Shown here: positions 63,472-64,000 of the stretch, in pieces | How positions within the stretch are numbered: the first letter of the stretch is position 1 | Layout: every line of letters starts with the position of its first letter | From: an uncultured Bacillota bacterium | GTDB lineage: Bacteria; Bacillota_I; Bacilli_A; Erysipelotrichales; Erysipelotrichaceae | NCBI GenBank assembly: GCA_946537295.1 | Contig: CAMNFQ010000001.1 | Span: 8,430-72,429, forward strand | Direction of reading: 5' to 3' | Length of the DNA: 64,000 bases | The notes under the pieces: model-generated | Seen by the model: the letters and a program-made list of their open reading frames with translations, nothing else | What the model was told of the DNA's origin: nothing | The model's database searches: none | Position numbers and translations under genes: made by a program

Positions 63472-64000
63472 ATGAACAATACAGATATGAACATCAACTG
63501 GTATCCCGGTCATATGGCGAAAGCCAGAAGGCAGATGGAAGAACAGTTGAAACTTGTCGATATTATTATTGAGCTTCGTGATGCCAGGATTCCGAAAGCT
63601 TCGGGAAATCCAGTGCTAAACGATCTGTCAAAAAATAAACCGGTCCTGATCATATTGAACAAGGCTGATCTTTCGGATGCTTCGAAAAACAAGGAATGGC
63701 AGAACGAATTTGAACACTGTATGATAGCTGATAGTGTGAATGAAAATCTGTCAAAAAGTGTTGTCAATGAAGTCAAACTGATCTTGAAAGATAAACTTGA
63801 TAAAGCAAAAGCTAGAGGCATCAGAAAGAAAGTCTTGAGGGCTATGGTAGTAGGAATACCAAATGTCGGTAAATCAACGTTTATTAATAATATCGTAAAA
63901 AAGAAAGTCGCAAAGGCTGAAAACAGACCAGGCGTGACAAAAGCTTTACAATGGATCAGGATCAACGAAGATGTTGAACTGCTCGATACCCCAGGAGTCC
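63472..64000 (+). CDS. rbgA: ribosome biogenesis GTPase A (YlqF/RbgA), N-terminal part (3' end outside the window)
   Basis: Absent from the ORF track because it has no stop within the window. NWYPGHMAKA, circularly permuted GTPase with NKADL then GIPNVGKST and DTPG. Confidence 0.88.
   Translation, partial: MNNTDMNINWYPGHMAKARRQMEEQLKLVDIIIELRDARIPKASGNPVLNDLSKNKPVLIILNKADLSDASKNKEWQNEFEHCMIADSVNENLSKSVVNEVKLILKDKLDKAKARGIRKKVLRAMVVGIPNVGKSTFINNIVKKKVAKAENRPGVTKALQWIRINEDVELLDTPGV

Noticed and set aside
63510-63965. 151-aa minus-strand ORF at the window end
   Set aside because: The plus strand here encodes an unmistakable YlqF/RbgA GTPase (NKADL, GIPNVGKST, DTPG). That gene is missing from the ORF track only because its stop lies outside the window.
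1-64000. Search for tRNA or rRNA genes, CRISPR arrays, IS or transposase genes, integrases, prophage genes and classical defence genes
   Set aside because: Intergenic space is short, and I could assign most of it to terminators, promoters or T-box leaders. No transposase, integrase, phage or restriction/defence-type domains appear in any ORF, and no spaced direct repeats were seen. I therefore cannot support a novel multi-gene system in this window.

Overview
Core chromosomal segment of a low-GC Bacillota genome, about 70 tightly packed genes, mostly on the + strand. I found no rRNA or tRNA genes, CRISPR arrays, IS elements, prophage or recognisable defence genes. Gene order repeats several classic Bacillus-type neighbourhoods. 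These are sepF-ileS; murC-ytxG-ytxH-ccpA-tyrS in compressed form; a short mraZ-rsmH-ftsL-pbp-mraY cluster fused directly to recJ-apt-relA-hisS-aspS; miaB, RNase J and ftsK; and ffh-rpsP-khpA-rimM-trmD-rplS-lepB-ylqF. Accessory content is modest. It comprises a Trp T-box-controlled ABC importer, an mglBAC-type sugar ABC transporter with a perfect cre box, a ROK plus GHMP sugar-kinase pair, a Cas4-like/DUF2779 nuclease, an SRAP peptidase, and several orphan lipoproteins and small proteins. Three T-box leaders are readable (Ile, Trp, Asp/His). I could not identify a multi-gene novel system. The most unusual signals are regulatory. (1) At 13 or more genes, a (TG)TATAAT box lies 6-8 nt upstream of a start codon with no Shine-Dalgarno (SD), which suggests leaderless mRNAs. 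Three of these sites are back-to-back or overlapping divergent -10 pairs, and several directly abut a terminator. (2) A 12-codon uORF with a strong SD and a single Trp codon lies between the Trp T-box terminator and the transporter gene. (3) A 71-aa peptide combines a double-glycine-type leader with a TFIIS-like zinc ribbon. (4) Four GTGG boxes at exact 10-bp phasing lie in front of mraZ. All function calls rest on motif recognition and synteny read by eye. No database search was run.
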